A stretch of DNA of 64,000 nucleotides from Chara braunii (taxonomy: Eukaryota > Plantae > Charophyceae), in NCBI GenBank assembly GCA_003427395.1, contig BFEA01000007.1, positions 2,045,738 to 2,109,737 of the forward strand, read 5' to 3'. Numbering within the stretch: position 1 is the first letter of the stretch; each line of letters starts with the position of its first letter. Both the position numbers and the translations under genes were made by a program. Of the stretch, positions 23,633 to 39,130 are shown in pieces. The notes beneath the pieces were generated by a model. It was not told where the DNA came from and did no database searches. It worked only from the letters and a program-made list of their open reading frames with translations.

Positions 23633-26600
23633 CCCTGTACATATTGTGGCGCATTAAAATGACCGTATAAAAAAAACTAGACAACATTGTGTTGCTGTAA
23701 AGGAAAAATCAAACCTCCACTCTGGACATATCCTCCTCAAGACACCCCTGCCTCAGAAATCCTCAGCCTTTGGGAACGACACAACACAGGCCAGATGCCT
23801 GAGATCTCATTCTCGAATATTCAACAATTCTCTTTCTCTTACTTCACAGAGTGTAAAAGAAATCCCACCACCTCCAGGTCGTGGTCCTGCAATGATATGT
23901 ATTCAAGGACAATTGCAACACAAACTAGGATCTCTTCGCCCTCCTAACAATCAACCCCTGTTTTTGCTCAACTTTATATTTATGATCCGTACGATGGTGG
24001 CCATACCACTATCCTTCGTCTCAATCGTCTAAATTTCCCTGAAGATACACCGCTCGCAACACTGATGCTCATTCGACGGCTGCTTCATAGACTACATAAT
24101 CTACTTCTTCAATAAAATAGATATGTCCTTCATTTCATCACGATTTTTTAATTTCCAGATAATATTATAAATACTTACTGAATTGTTATCAATCCGGACG
24201 CCTGACCAAGTGACGAACACGGACAACGATATAACAAACCAGAAGGTCTTTTGGAACTCTGTTTGCTATTGGATGACAATATTAACAATCGAGAAATTAT
24301 TATTCATGCATGAACTGGTGAGATCGAATCTATCCATCAAACTAATCGAGTTTTTGATCCCTTACACTATGTTCTTCTCTTTCCTTCAGGAGAAGACGGG
24401 TGGGCTGGTGAGATCGACGTTGCTCACGAATCAGAAATGCACCGAATAACAGCATGCCAGTTTTACGCCTTTCATCTGAACACCAAATCTTCCGAATGAG
24501 ATACATTTTTTCGTGCAAACAGATTGCTCCAGGAATACGTCTGCATGACATTTGCGAAAATAGAATCAGAACGCCTATTATATACTCGCACACATCAACG
24601 TGAGATTCACGCTAATACTACCAAAATCTCCATGACCAGGTGTTGCAGCATGTCAACGTTAATAACGTTGGCCGACGACCGATACTCCCTGCATCTTTCA
24701 CAGACGGACCACGAGATATACATCGACGTTACTACGATGCAATGACCATTGTACAGAAACTTGGATCACCAGATCTGTTCATCACTATAATAACAAACAC
24801 ACATTAGCCATAAATTGAACACGAACTCCTCCCGGAATAACAAGCAAACAATAGGCCTGATTTGATCTCACGTGTATTCAAAGGCTATCTCCGACAACTA
24901 ATAGATGATCTGCACCATAAACACATTTTCGGCCCTTCCACAGGATATATTTATACAATTGAATTCCAAAAGCGTGGTTTGCCACACGCCCATATTGTTC
25001 TTTTTCTTGACCGATCTTATCAAATATCTACACATGAACAAATTGAAGAAATTGTCTCCGCAGAAATCCCGAGAAATCCTCTGCTTCGAGAACTTGTGTT
25101 AAACTTTATGATCCATAATCCATGAGGTGATTCAAATCCACTGCGATCTTGCATGCATGAAGGCAAGTGTACTAGATATTTCCCAAAAAAATTTGCAGAT
25201 AAAACATACCGGGATGATGAAACAGGATATCCAATTTACCGTCGCCGGAGCCCAACCGAAGGTGGTCTTCAGATTACACACAACCAACTTCACCTCGACA
25301 ATTCGTGGATTGTACCATACAATCCATACTTGCTTCTTCGCTACAAATGTCATATGAACGTTGAAATCTGCGCATCGAACACTGCATGCAATTACCTGTT
25401 TGAGTATATCCTAAAAGGACCAAATCGAGCAATGGTCACCGAAATAACTGACCAAGCTAATGAGCTTCAAGTCTACCAAGACATGCGCAACATTGGTGTT
25501 GCTGAAACATGCTGGCGTATCTTCGATTTTGATATTTCTGAACGGTACCCAACAGTCACTGCACTGCCCGTTCACACAGAAAATCGGCAACAAGTTTTCT
25601 TCCACCCTTCACATGCATACATTGCAGCTCTTGCACCTCCTCCTCATACACCACTTACTGCATGGCTCAAATGGAATACTGAGCACTCTACTCTCTCGTC
25701 AAATATAAAACCGCTTTACAAAGACATGATCAATCTATTACGATATGACAAAGGCAAAAAACTCTGGATTTCGAGAAAATACCGCTCTCATTCAATTGGC
25801 CGTATATATACCATTCACCCGCATGCAGGTGACACTTTGTACATTCGGATGCTTTTAAATTCGCTGCATTCCCAAGATGCAGAGAGCTTCACACAACTCC
25901 GTACTGTTGCTGATCACATATACCCAACATTCCAAGCAACATGTCAAGCGCTTGGCTTACTAAATGATAACACATAATTCGACAGCATTCTAGATGACAC
26001 GGCACTAACATCAAACGCTCCCATGATACGTGACCTTTTTGTTCACATTATCCTCCATTCTGAACCTGCCGATCCTGATACCCTCTTTGAGACGCACTGG
26101 CAGCAAATGACAGATGACTTCAACCGTCAATTTGTAGGTTTTCACATCCCACCATAACTCCTCAAGGTCGCAGTTCTCCTTGGTATCGAACGTCGCATCC
26201 AAAAAGAAGGAAAATAACTCATTGACGTGGCTCTCACCCCTCCATCACCCACCGCCTGCGCTGATGCTACACGTCTCAACGATGTGCTACCGAGTACCAA
26301 TTACCCGCGAGAAATTAAAGATGAATTGTCATATGACCAAGATGACTTGCACCATACCCTTAAAATAAATGTTCAAAAACTGCGACCATCACAACGTTCG
26401 ATTTACCGTGAGGTTGTTGGTGCTGTCGAAAATGGATGTTCACGCTGCATTTTCATTGACGTACCCGCCGGTACAGGGAAAACTTTCTGTTTGAATACGA
26501 TCTTGGCCCGTATCCGCTCTCAAAATGTTGTTGCACTCGCCGTTGCTTCCAGCAGAATCGTTGCAACACTTTTCGACGGCGGTCGCACCTTCCACTCGCG

Positions 26601-27750
26601 ATTCAAAGCACCTTTGACACCAACTGCTAGTTCCACACTTGACATTCCAAAACAAACAGCCTTGGCTGAATTAACTTGTATGCTTGTTCTCATCGTTTGG
26701 GACGAAGCGCTGATGACAAACAAATATTACATTGAAACCCTCGAGCACACACTTCGAGATTTATGTTGTTTGAGCCTGCCTTTCGGCGGCAAAGTCATTG
26801 TCCTCGCTGGTGATTTCCGACAAATTCTCCCAGTCGTTGCACAAGGAACAAGGGCACAAACAATTGACGCCTGTCTTAAATCCTCGAGACTGTGGTCACA
26901 TTTCAACCAATTTCACCTGACAGAAAACATGAGCATACTGAAATATGGTGACACTTCTTAAACAAGAGCTTATATACAATGGTTACTGGCACTTGGAAAT
27001 GATACAATCCCCCCACCAGAAGAGGCTCCACCTGACGGTGTCCTTTTACCAGCAACTATGTGCCTCCATAATGGCACCCGCGAACTTATCGATTGGACGT
27101 TCCTTCATCTGAACACAAACGCAACAAACCCACTGTGGTTTGCAGACCGGCTTATACTTTGTCATAAAAACAAACCGGCTATGGCAATTAATAACATTAT
27201 TTGGGACACATTTCCGGGACAAGAATTTCAATCCTTGAGTGCAGATACTTTGATCGACAATCATGATCACACCAACATTCCTGTTGAAACCTTTAACTCA
27301 ATAGACATTTCATCATTGTCACCGCACAATCTCAAAATGAAATCGGGTATGCCACTAATTTTGCTTCGGAATATTGCTACACGCAATAAACTGTGCAACG
27401 ACACACGACTCATTTTGGACTCTGTCACCAACAACAGACTTATGCACCTCCGTCGCCTCCCAAATCTTCAGCCAGCATTGCTCCCCCTCTCTCACCACAA
27501 TCGATGACAAATCACCCTTCCCTTGGCAACGACGTCAATTCCCGATCCGACCTGCCTTTGCGATTACAATCAACAAATCGCAAGGTCAAAGCATTGAACA
27601 CGCAGGCATTGACCTCCAACAACCCGTTTTTGCACACGGTCAACTCTAAGGCGCTGCTTCTATAATTGGACGTCCACAACACATCCGATTTGCAATGCCC
27701 GGACCTGAATGTTACACAAAAAATGTCGTCTACAAACAAATCCTCGTATG
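23633..27750 (+). pseudogene. Helitron Rep/helicase (HUH endonuclease plus PIF1-family SF1 helicase), disrupted by stops and frameshifts
   Basis: CTYCGALK...CCCKG, FAQLYIYDP, GSPDLFIT, YTIEFQKRGLPHAH (HUH), GYPIYRRR, WIVPYNPYLL, FIDVPAGTGKTF (Walker A), IVWDEA (Walker B), [54 protein letters not shown]. Confidence 0.97.
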
Positions 27751-29246
27751 CCTTGCCTCACCTGGAGCAATACCAACATCTCCTCCCTCCCTCTCATGCA
27801 GAATTCCTCAGCTTCAAGACATTCATTCTCACAAAATCTCCAACAATATCGGTGAGTTCCTCTCCTCTACACTTTTATTCCATTTTCCGACATCTTCCCT
27901 TTTGTTTGTCTTTGTTTTTGCAAGTCTTGCATCTCCCGAAGAACGACAAAAAACATGGACAACACCACTTCCAATCACAACAGCCTCAAATGACACCGCC
28001 CTCCTTCCACTTGACATCCCGCTAAGCACATCGTCACCACCTCCCTCCTTCGAAACCGCACCCTCACCTGATGACGTCTCCCAATGGACATCACAGAAAG
28101 ACGCCTAACAGCAAGAAACATCGACGATGTTATTCAGCAAATCCTATGGGAAGATTTCCTCATCACAGACCAAGCCATCTGCACACCAACTATTTTCTCT
28201 TACTTTGACAGCTACGCACATCAACGTGAACTAGAAGCAAACAAGCCGCCACCAACAAATCATCCCCAACAGACATATGTTCGCATGAAGGATTTCTTAC
28301 ACTGGCTTCTCTTCCACACACTCTCTCATACTCACGACACTACTGCAGGTCTTGCAAAATACAGAAATGACCGTATTGTCGACACAATCAACTGCCTCAC
28401 TTTCCACAGATCCATTCTCATGCGCCAACCTCAATCTACACAATCTACCCTCCTTCATTCAAATGATTGGTGGCATCCTCTGTGACGCTTCGGCATAGCT
28501 AAAGCAGTCATCCAGATCCATAACATCCTCTCAACACGCCAGACATACATTTTACATACCATCCATTTAGTGCGCCACACCTGGCAATACATAGATGATC
28601 TCATCCGTATCTACTATGACGGAGACAGACCTGCTGACCTCCCCTACACTATGTACCGCCAAACAATTGTCCAACAAGCTTTTCAATTGCTTGAAGCTCA
28701 AGAATGGACTAGGCGATCGTTCTAACACTCCAATGCGGTGCTCTCTTACATGTCTCCACAGATACTGCCTGCCTTCTACAACATATATTTGCAACCGAAA
28801 ATGAAGAATGACGCCCATCACTGACCCAAAAGCAAAACACGAAAAATGTCAGCAGAAAAGTCGAACACTGATCGAAGAATGGATTTTTCCAATCCAACTC
28901 TCTCCAAGTTCACGACAACCATACTAGACAATCCACAAGGATGAGAACGACACAGAAAGAGAGACAACAAATTTCATTGGAGAAAAAAGAGGGACATAGA
29001 AAAAAAAAGAAAGGGAAAGAAAGAAAGAGAAAGAGAGAAAAAGAAAGAAAAAGAAAGAGAGAGAAAAAAAAAAAAAAAATTGTCATTCGGTTTTCGGCCC
29101 CGAACCTACTCTTACATGCCGATTTGATATCATTCACTTTCAACCCCCAAGCGTTTTCTTACTGTGTGATACTGTTTACCCTCTCTACTACGCTCTGGTC
29201 GCAGTCACCAAAGAAAATAGGAGCTTCTTAGAACTTTGACATAAGG

Positions 29247-29291
<45 letters not shown>

Positions 29292-32200
29292 AAGAGAAAA
29301 CAAGAGAAAGAGAGAAAAAACCTGTTTGCTACCGTTGAAAAAGAAAAAAAGAGACGAACAACAAAGATACATATGTTGAATACCTCTTTCCTATCATTCG
29401 ACTTTCAGTCCCGAGCCTATTCTTACTGTTTACTGATGTTTACCCTCGCTGCTGCCCTCTTGACACTCTGTCGCGGGCATGGCCCGCGACGCACCTTTAC
29501 TTGTAATAATTATAATAAAACCGAATGTATGTTAGCGGAATCTTCGGTCAAGCATAAGGGGAAAAAGAAATAAAAAATGATAAATATAATATTATTAATA
29601 CTATCATTATTAATCAAAATAACGATCAACAATAATAATGATAATAAATAACACATACAGACTCCCTTCCCGATTTCGATACGGTCAAGAAGAAGGTACA
29701 TTCACTTTCAAGGTTTTGATCAGTATTTTCACTCGGAGGTAAGAGTTTTCTCTATTTCTCTCTATTTCTTCCTTTTTTTTTTTCTTTTTTTTTTTTTTAC
29801 CTTACTGGCCTGTGTTTGACTAGATATCAATAGAATAATATCTTCTTGGTAATAGCGATCACGGGGCTTAATGATTATTAGATGCATAGTTATACAAGTC
29901 GAAGGAACTTACCTCTGTTGATCTGATTCCTTTTGATGTCCTATCGAGTGATATCGCCGAGGAAAATGAACTCCTTCACGAGATATGTTCCACAGTACAC
30001 GTCGAAAGCATTACCTCTATCGACTGCGACCAAATTGTCGAGCGGGTGGGTCTTTCCCTTTCCTCCTTGTCTGAATCTTTCCTCTCCCACCAAGTGTCCT
30101 CTTATCACCTCGCCTCCTTTTCTCATTCCTTTTCCACCCGCGTGCTACTCGCTCTTGCCCCCGTGACTTTCTGATCTTTGTTAGCCCTCCTTGCTTTCTT
30201 TGCGTCTTTGTCAGATATCTCATTCTTTTTCTGTTATCGGCTCGCAGTTAGCGCACTAACATTCCTTCTCGTACGCCTTTGTTTTCCAGTTCGTGCATGT
30301 CTCATCCTATATGAGCGCTTACCATATGCTCCACATTACACGCCGAAAACACTGCCTCTATCGACTGCGACCAGATTGTCGAGCGAAAGAGTCTTTCCCT
30401 TTCCTCCTCCTTTGAATCTTTCATTTCCCACCAAGTGTCCTCTTGTCACCGCGCCTCCTTTTCTCATTCCTTTCCCACCCGCTTGCTACTCGCTTTTGCC
30501 CCCGTGACTTTCTGATCTTTATTAGCCCTCCTTGCTTTCTCTGCGCCTTCATCAGATATCTCCTTCCCTTTCTTTCATCCGCTCGCAGCTAGCGCACTAA
30601 CATTCCTTCGCGTACGCCTTTGTTTTCCCGTTCACACTTGCCTCATCCTATATGAACGCTTACCAACTCGGGCTTCGTCCGTGACTTTCCCCGACCTTGC
30701 TTCTGCGAGCGTCGGTGAACTTCCACCATAACTTGTTAGTCTCCCTAGGTCGAGAAACCTGCCCTTCACATCTGGGCAGATTCAATTTTTGTGTTCACAT
30801 AGGAGGTGAAAATACTTACGTTAGTAGTCAGAATACAGAGGTTAGGATTATCTACGCTTTAAGTTAGTTAGTTCACTCTACTCCAACTGTCTCAACACTC
30901 ACATAGGTGTACCTGTGTTACATGTTTTGTCCTCATAGTTCATGTTTGTTCACCGGTTTCCTTTTGACTTCGTGAACTTTATCCTTATCCTAGGCAGTAT
31001 TCCAACCCTACGAACTATCGGACTAAAACTCAGTTGCGCCTTGTGCGGGCAACTGTCGGGTTTCAGCCACGTGCAGGTGCCGAAATCCTCATTTCTAATA
31101 ATCTCACACATAATCTACAAGTCACGGGTTCAAGCCTTGCTTGATCGAAGGCGGAGTTTTTAAAGGGTCATGTCTACCTTGTTTTTTCATCAAAAAGAGC
31201 TTGCCCAGATGGCAGGATGGACTGGATCCCCGTACCTTCGGCTTATGGATCCGCACCTGTACCTACTTGGCTAGCTCTTAGTTTGGTTAAGATAGGAAAA
31301 ACCCTGCCATATGTAGAGTACATGGTTTGGTTTTACGGGCATAACAAATTTATGGCCTGCCTTTTATGGTTAGTCTAGGCCGGCATCGGTCGTCGCTGCC
31401 TGGTATGGTAGGGATTATGTTTTTCCTTATCTGCCCCGACCGCATGGTCGGGGTTATATTAATTTTTCAAGTTTGTTTTTGAGTCTAGGCTAGGAGTGCT
31501 CCTTTCAGTTTCTTTTTCCATCTGCGGGTTTGACGTCCTTAAGCTAAAACTGATTTATTTTGTGTTACTGCTTGAACTTTTGACCGTTTTTAGATCGTAC
31601 CCCTTGCATCCCGCGCTACCCTTCTCAGACCTCGCGACCAAAGTCTTTTAACTTTTATTAACCCTTATCATTTACCGTACGCATTGTGTTAACATTTGTG
31701 GTCACTTAGCATCCCGGCCTCAGCGGTCGAGGAATCCGTCTCACGGTACTGTCGAGCGCATTGGTCTTGCACCGCACGAAACGGGGCAGGACCCTTCCGG
31801 CCGTGTCACGCAGGAGTTGGTCTGATCCTCATCGCGAATACACATGGAACTTCCGCAAGCCGCTCTGACCGAGTGCACCAGCCATACCTCTCACGAGCCC
31901 CTGCGACAGGATAGGGCCTACACAAGGCACGACTTACCTCCACCTTACGGGAGTTGTCACCTCCCTTCGGTGGGCGTATCCCCGCCGAGCGACCAGTCCA
32001 CAATACGAAAGTTAATCAATTGCAATCGCAGAGGTGGACCAGCCGAGGGCGTTTCTCCTTCGTTGTAGCATAGGTGGTACGTGTGGTTTTACTCCTCTAT
32101 CGGACCCTCTCGCGAACTGAAGTCTTGGGGGGTTCAGGTCCCAAGTGCGACTCGTCGCTGGTCGACTAGGACGCATCCCACACTCCACGCGTACACCACT

Positions 32201-33544
32201 CTAAAGACATAAAAATAAAAATACACACACACACACACGTACATAAAACGACACAGAACAAACAACGAGACACACTCTACACTCCTACTAGTCCCTTAGT
32301 AACCATCCCATAACTCTCCGATGCAGAAATCGGATAGGCGTCGCGTGTTAGCCTTAGTATAAAACCGCACTAACGCAGGGCTAACTCATATCGACTCGAA
32401 ATGCAAGCATACACAAGCAGACACAATGATGGCGTACTATATGGTACCCATACTCATGCAGTCCTCGTTAATCTCGAGGGTCGCATTCGACACTCAAGTA
32501 TCGGCTGACACGCCTTGAGGGAATGATCTCTCGACGTTGGACAACCGCCAAGTGCGGTTGAGAACCACACCCTCTTCTGCACCCTGCGGAGAGTGGGTGG
32601 TACACAGGTTCATATCTGTGTTGTTAATCGTCTCTTATTGCCCTGAAGACCAGCTCCATCATCTAGGGCCTCGAGAGAAATCAAGGGGGATGACTTTGAC
32701 GGTTGCCAAGGACTACAACGTCTTACTATAAAAACTATAAAAGCAAAGGATAAAAGAGGATCTCTCTTTTCTCTCAAAAACATAATCTGTTTAGCCCTTA
32801 CTCGCGGTCACAGTAGGTCGCGCGAAACACTCAAAACATATTTATTTATATGTAGAGATAGGGTTATAAATATGTGACGATCACTTCTCACAATCAGAGT
32901 GAGACTCCTCTCATCTATATATATATATATATATGTATGTGAGCGCAGACAGTCGAATCCAAAGTCCGAATCACCAAACATATCTACAATCACATCAAAG
33001 ATTCAACCAATAGTCCATACACTGCACGGGGTCAACTTCAACCATTCTGTGCACTCACACCCCTCGCTTTAGCCATTCAAGCCTCACTCTTGTGCAAACT
33101 CCTCAAAATAAAATACTCAATAGTTTTCTTTAAATGGTCATTCAAATAAAGTCTGGACGGAAACACAACAAAACAGTTCAAATCACAAGGCTAAAGCCTT
33201 TAGGTTGAGTGACAAAAGTGAATTGGAGTTGAGTCGTAAACCGACAAATCGGCAATCGACTTGTTATCAATGATAACAGAAGAGGATCCTCTTGGGATCA
33301 AGCTGAATCTAGTCCAAATCCTGAATCGAGTGTCCAAAGAAGGCCTGTGTCATAAAATAGGTCAATGCCCAAGCTAAATCATCAGTGTATGGGGAGTGAA
33401 TCTCCCTAACACATTCTCACCTAAGGTCCACCTACAAGCTAAGCCTAAGCCTACCTCTAAGCCAGTGCCCAACGCAATGTAGAACTATGACAGTATCTTC
33501 CCTATTCAGGGTGGATTACCACAATTGCCACCTATCAAAATATA

Positions 33545-34110
33545 GTCCAACTCCTTTAAACCAAAAAAATTTTGGCACCACTTCCCGTACGAAAAGTGTT
33601 TTCTCAGAATTTATACCAGCTCAAATATGAAAACAAAAACCAAAGTTTAATTCTGGAAAATCAAATTTTGTCTAACTCCCTGAATAAGTAAAAATTTGGG
33701 GAGTTCTCCTTTCAGAAAGGTAGAATTCCCAGATTTATACTAAGTCAGATAGGAACGCACAAGTCAGACTTGAGTTCGACTTTAAGACAAAGTTCAACAA
33801 CCCCCTTAGATTTGTACAAATTTGACAGTGCTTCCCGTAGAGAAAGCGTTATTCCAAGATTTATACAAAGCTAAGTTAAAAGTATAGAAAATAACTTTGA
33901 CTTTCCAAAACTCAATTTTGCTTTAACTTCTTAAATCAAAAAAAAATTGGGCAGCACCCGTTTTAGAAAAATAAGACTTCCCAAATTTTTATTAATTCAT
34001 GTATATAATTTAGACAAACTAAGCTTTTGAAAACCAAAATTTGACAAACTCTTTGGTTTTGTAAACATTTCGGCAGCACTTCTCGTAAAGAAAGTGACTT
34101 ACGAAAATTT
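33545..34110 (-). repeat. Five ~125-bp hairpin units (unit C copy of the second array)
   Basis: Motif at ~33574, 33699, 33824, 33950 and 34072. Confidence 0.85.
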
Positions 34111-34408
34111 ATAGAAGACGAAGTATAATAAATGATCCCAGAAAATGCAGAAATTGTCATAAGTAAAAACAAATTAGCTAAGAAAATGCAGGGATTGAAG
34201 CTAAATTATATGACTCTAGCACGTGGCGAGCATCTAAAACAACTACTTGTCAAACTGAAACTCAGACTAAGTCGTAATCTCACTCAGTCACATGCAAGGC
34301 TAAACCACAAATGTAAGTACTCTCACGATCCCAAAATCATCTTATCAAACAATAGTTTATAGTCTCTCAATGATTTATCCCTTTATACCCAGTTTAAATA
34401 GGGCATAA

Positions 34409-35213
34409 AGCTAGACCACTCAAACTTATGGAACATGTCTAGCTCAGCTATTCAGTATACATAAACTTAGGGCATAACAACTTTTCTCTTCTTTGGGCAT
34501 ATGACTAGACCACCCTAGTCGCCCTCAACTATTTAAGTATCTAAGTTTTATATAATTATCTGCACTTCGTCTTTTGAGGTAGCCATTAATTGAACCGATC
34601 ATCTTTAGCGCGAGATTCAGTCTGCTCCTTCGTATTACAAGTTTACTCTTAATTAGTACTCTCTTCAGTTGGTGATAAGCTATAGTCAGACCACCCAAAC
34701 TTATAGAACCTTGTCCGACTAGCCTGTTCATAAGTACGATAGTAATAAAGTATAGTCAAATTATAACTTTTTGGTTTCAGCATGTGCATGGCATTGGACC
34801 AAGACCACCCAAACTTATGGAACCTTTGTGGTTCTCCGTCTGATTCTTTCTCTTATCCAAAGCAGGAAGAGGCTGAGCCATCAAAACTTATGGAACATGC
34901 TCAGACCTCCTCGTTTAGAACCAAAAGAAACTGGAAGAAACTCAAAGTAAACTAGGCGACCAAGCCACCCAAACTTATGGAACGTGCTCAGACCTCCTCG
35001 TTTAGAACCAAAAGAAACTGGAAGAAACCCAAAGTAAACAAGGCGGCCAAGTCACCCAAACTTATGGAACATGCTCCCTGAAAAGTCATCCACAGGTAGC
35101 CCTCGCAAGTAAGAGCAACCAGATCACCCAAACTTATGAAACATGTCTGGCTCTCCAGGCAACTCAAAAATAAACATAGCACTGGGCCTCCCCAAACTTA
35201 TGGAGACTTGCCC
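34409..35213 (-). repeat. Array of 8 TAAGTT-loop hairpins (unit C copy)
   Basis: AAACTTAT core at eight positions, corresponding to those in unit B. Confidence 0.9.
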
Positions 35214-38200
35214 AACCTTTGATTGACCCAGTCAGACACAAGCAAAACTGCCTTCCTCCCAACCTTCCCCAGATGCAATCCCACAATCTGCTTTCAACCA
35301 ATACAATAAAAATTGAAACCGAATTTGCACAATCATCCTTTTATCAAGTCTGGTTTATGTCCTGAAGTCAAACTGAAAGTCAAAGTAGGGAGACGGACAA
35401 TATACTCAGTCAATTATAACAAAAAATATAGCTAGAGGTTTTACTGGCTTTATCGAAGGAAAACAATTGTTACCATTCAATTCCCTGCTTCCAGAACTCC
35501 TCCTGAGTTCCGACAAAGCTCCCCCAATCGGTGGGCTGAGTCCCCACAGAGTCTTGATGCGGTCCTACAGATTGTAATCCTGCCTGCCGCCTTCCTTTCT
35601 GAACAGGATTAGACTGAGAGTAAGATAGATAGAAGGATGGGTTCTTGACTCTCGAGATACAGGAGAGGAACAAACTCAACTCCTAAGAGAGGGTCTCAAT
35701 ACCTTCATGCGTCTGAGGGCCCCGCAATGATGGCCAATACGAGCAGTCGGTAGTCAAACCACGACCAAGCGCAAGGCAGATAACACTCTGATAAACCTCC
35801 AAATCGCGGCGGTTACCTCCTCGCAGAACCTAGCCCTCCTCCTTCGATGACACTACCGTTTCTCGTGGTCTAAAAGTCGCAACGCAGCCTAGAAAGACTG
35901 CTATCGAATAAAGCATACCCTTGTCTTCTTACTCGAAGACCGATGTAAACAGAACGAAAATGTTGTAGCAAGGCACAACGCAGTGCACAATGAAATGCAA
36001 AAACATGCACAACCTAAATTAAGTGGGAATAAGTTACAAGCACCCGGTCAACAGTACTCCAGAATACTGCAGCAGTCCGCTAGTAGAAATAGCCTGGGAT
36101 AGTAATATGACTGAGCCTGGAACGCGACATTAATGGCCCCCCAATCTATCTCAACAGCAACCCAACTGCAGACACAAAGGTCCGCAGTAGCCGTAGCAAC
36201 CATTCGTAGCAGAAATCTTGACAAGGCAACATGGCTGGCCACACAGCCAAACCACTGTCAAGGATACCACAATGATCAAACTGCCCGCGCGATCCACAGT
36301 CCCTCAATCACACACTAATGTCACCCCCTTTTACACCACCAGCTCCGCTTGCCAAATAGTTAATTCCTTAATTATTTTTTCTAACTTTTCTGCCCCTCCT
36401 CCTGCTTCCTCTTTTATACACCCTTTCTCCTTTCAAACATCCGTAACTCAATCTTGAGTTGTGAGAGTAGGAGACTCCACCTTGGCGTCAGTCTGTCACT
36501 TCTGTATAAACGAACAACTTGAAGCTCCCCCACGGATCAGGGAGGAGTCGCGGCATGTATAATGACGCTCTCAAGTAATCATGAGGTGATGAATCAGTGA
36601 GGTCATGAGCGTACTTAGCCTACACTAAGAGCACAAACGGTGTGTTCGAGAACACTATGTAATAGCGCTTGCCTTTCTGTTAAACTCTCGGTCTACTGTC
36701 CGCCCTCGTGTTCACATCTACGTCCCGACCAACAACCAACCTTGCCACCGAGCGGTGGACCTCACTCCACAGTTACTATCAGGACGAGCAACGCATGGAT
36801 CCACAGGTAAGTCTTCACCCCTTGGCCGACCCTTCACTCCCCCTGTCGGCAATCGGTGGGCGAGCCACAGATCAATCCACAGATAAGTCTCGAACCTTCA
36901 CGGCCCGTTGTCGGGGCAAATACCCTGACAAGGGTATTTGTCGAGGGTTTTCAAAGTCGGACGCTATCTGACTCTTTCGTTGAATTGGAGGACTTGATGA
37001 GACTGATGTTTGACAAAGTTTATTCAGATCAACCCTAGTGACTAAGACTTTTTGTGAATCAGACGTCGTTGACGTCTGACTAAAATGAATTTAGTTGCCA
37101 GTATGGTGGGTCGTTAGCAGTTCTTGATAGGGCGGCAGGGGCACGTGGTCGTGGAAAGACTAAAGGTAGACTATTCTATCTAAAAGACTGACGCGTGCCT
37201 GATGAGATGCGCAATTCAGGGCTTTAGTAGGTCAAAAGGTGGTCGCGTGAGAGGTCAGATCCGTGGTGCGCGAAAAAATTAGAAAGGGTTTTTTTTTTTT
37301 TTTTAAAGTTCGCGGAGGTACCGCGTACGCAGCTAAGGCTCATGGGCTAGACCACAAGCCGTTGGGCGAGAACGCCGCCGGCTCGGCGGCAGTGCGGCTG
37401 GTTAACGGAAAATACGGCAGGCCGAGCCTGCTTCGGCTGTAACAGATGGGTCTACTGAGGGGTACTTGCCGATTCGGTGGAGACGGCCCGACTTCTGAGA
37501 TCCGAGTCTTGCGCTCGGACGAGGAGGAGGAGTACCCCTGACCACTTCCTAGAGGGAGAGGCATGCAACACTTCAAGCAATGCCCCTGATCAAGAATCAT
37601 GCGCAAAGCAACTTGTCATCCAAAAATATTGGAAACGGATAAAGACTGGTATGTGCGTTGAATCTCAGATCGGCAGTAGACTGAAATGAATAACTTTGGC
37701 AACCCGTGTCATCAAGTTAAAATTTAGGAAGCCGACTACCTTGTCGGCTGCATTAAAATTATCGTCAATAGCCAACTTCTTGTTGGCGGTTGCATGATTG
37801 TTTTGTGGTGTTTGACCTGAGATGGTTAAATGTTGATTCTTTACGATGTAAGTATATGCATATGTTTTATTTTATTTCCTTTGACTGTGTGTTAAAGGGA
37901 CTAGGATTAATGTTGGGTTTCACGCTTCGTTGAGACCGTCCTAGTTGACTGGCGTTCGCTTCGTACTTGGCAGATCAGCGCCCTAAGGAACAGACGACGT
38001 TCGGGTTTGCTTGGCGTTAACCAAGCATATCTATACTACAGCGAACGAGCAAACGCCCTTGACTGACCTACCTCTGCAATTGCATCTAAACGTTTTCGCA
38101 TGTGGGTCAGTAGCTCGGTACGGATACGCCCCTAAGGGTGGTGACAAATCCTTAGGGAAGGAAAGCTTATGCCCTGTGTAAACCTATCCTTTCATAGGGG

Positions 38201-38889
38201 ACCGTGGGATGTACAGTTGGCGCACCCGGCTAGAGCGGCGAAAGGACGACGCAACCACGGCCGTATCGACGGCTCAAGGGATTATTTTACGTCGTTCCTA
38301 AGTTGTCTCTCATTTTGTTTTTGTTAAACGTTTGCGTGACATGGTTGGGAGGGCCCTCGCTCGCTCGCTCGCGCGAGGGCCGATGCGCTCGACACTGCCC
38401 TCCTCCGCTATTTCGATCTTTTCTTCTCCCTCCTTTCCTCCATGTCTCTGCGCACTGTCTTTCTCTACAAAGTCCTAATCTACTAACGTCCCTCTAAGAC
38501 TAACCTCGTAACCTGGTTCACCCAGCCCAACAATGTTGAAATGGCATCTTCCCTCACTCAATTCTGTGAGGATTCGAGTGAGAATCGCTCTTCGCTCCTA
38601 TACACCCGCTTTCTTCCCCGCCATCTTTCCCGCCCCTTTCTCATTAAGATCCGAATGCACATGCGCGAGTTAGCGTCCATGTTCATTCCGCTTCCTCCAC
38701 TACCTTGCCATCTTTGCTCTTTCCTCCTTACAATGCCGTGCTCCCTCAGTCTCATTTCTTTCCTTCCTCTTCTCCTTTGAGTGTTTTTGGCACGGATTTG
38801 CGCCCAGATTTAAACACTGTCCGCTAGCCCTTTCTAAATGCCAGCACTATGCCCCCGATATTACCACAGCGCCTGCCCCATCGTCTCCC

Positions 38890-39130
38890 TCAGTTGTTCC
38901 CCCGTCATAGCACTCGGCCTTAGAGCCGTGCAGTAGGACTGCCCACTGCCCTCTACTATCCCGAATAGAAACTTCGGAGGGAACCAGCTACTAGTCGGTA
39001 CGTCAATTTTCTGCCCCCACGCGCAAGCTCGACGAGCAGTGTCCTCAGTTGGTGCCGCTGCCAGCCCGCCACAGTCTCCTCCTATCCGCTCCACTTCGAA
39101 AGAGCTCGCCACCACCTCGGGCCCCAAATG
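38890..39130 (-). pseudogene. Decayed LSU rRNA fragment (unit C copy)
   Basis: GAAACTTCGGAGGGAACCAGCTACTAG at 38968-38994. Confidence 0.85.
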
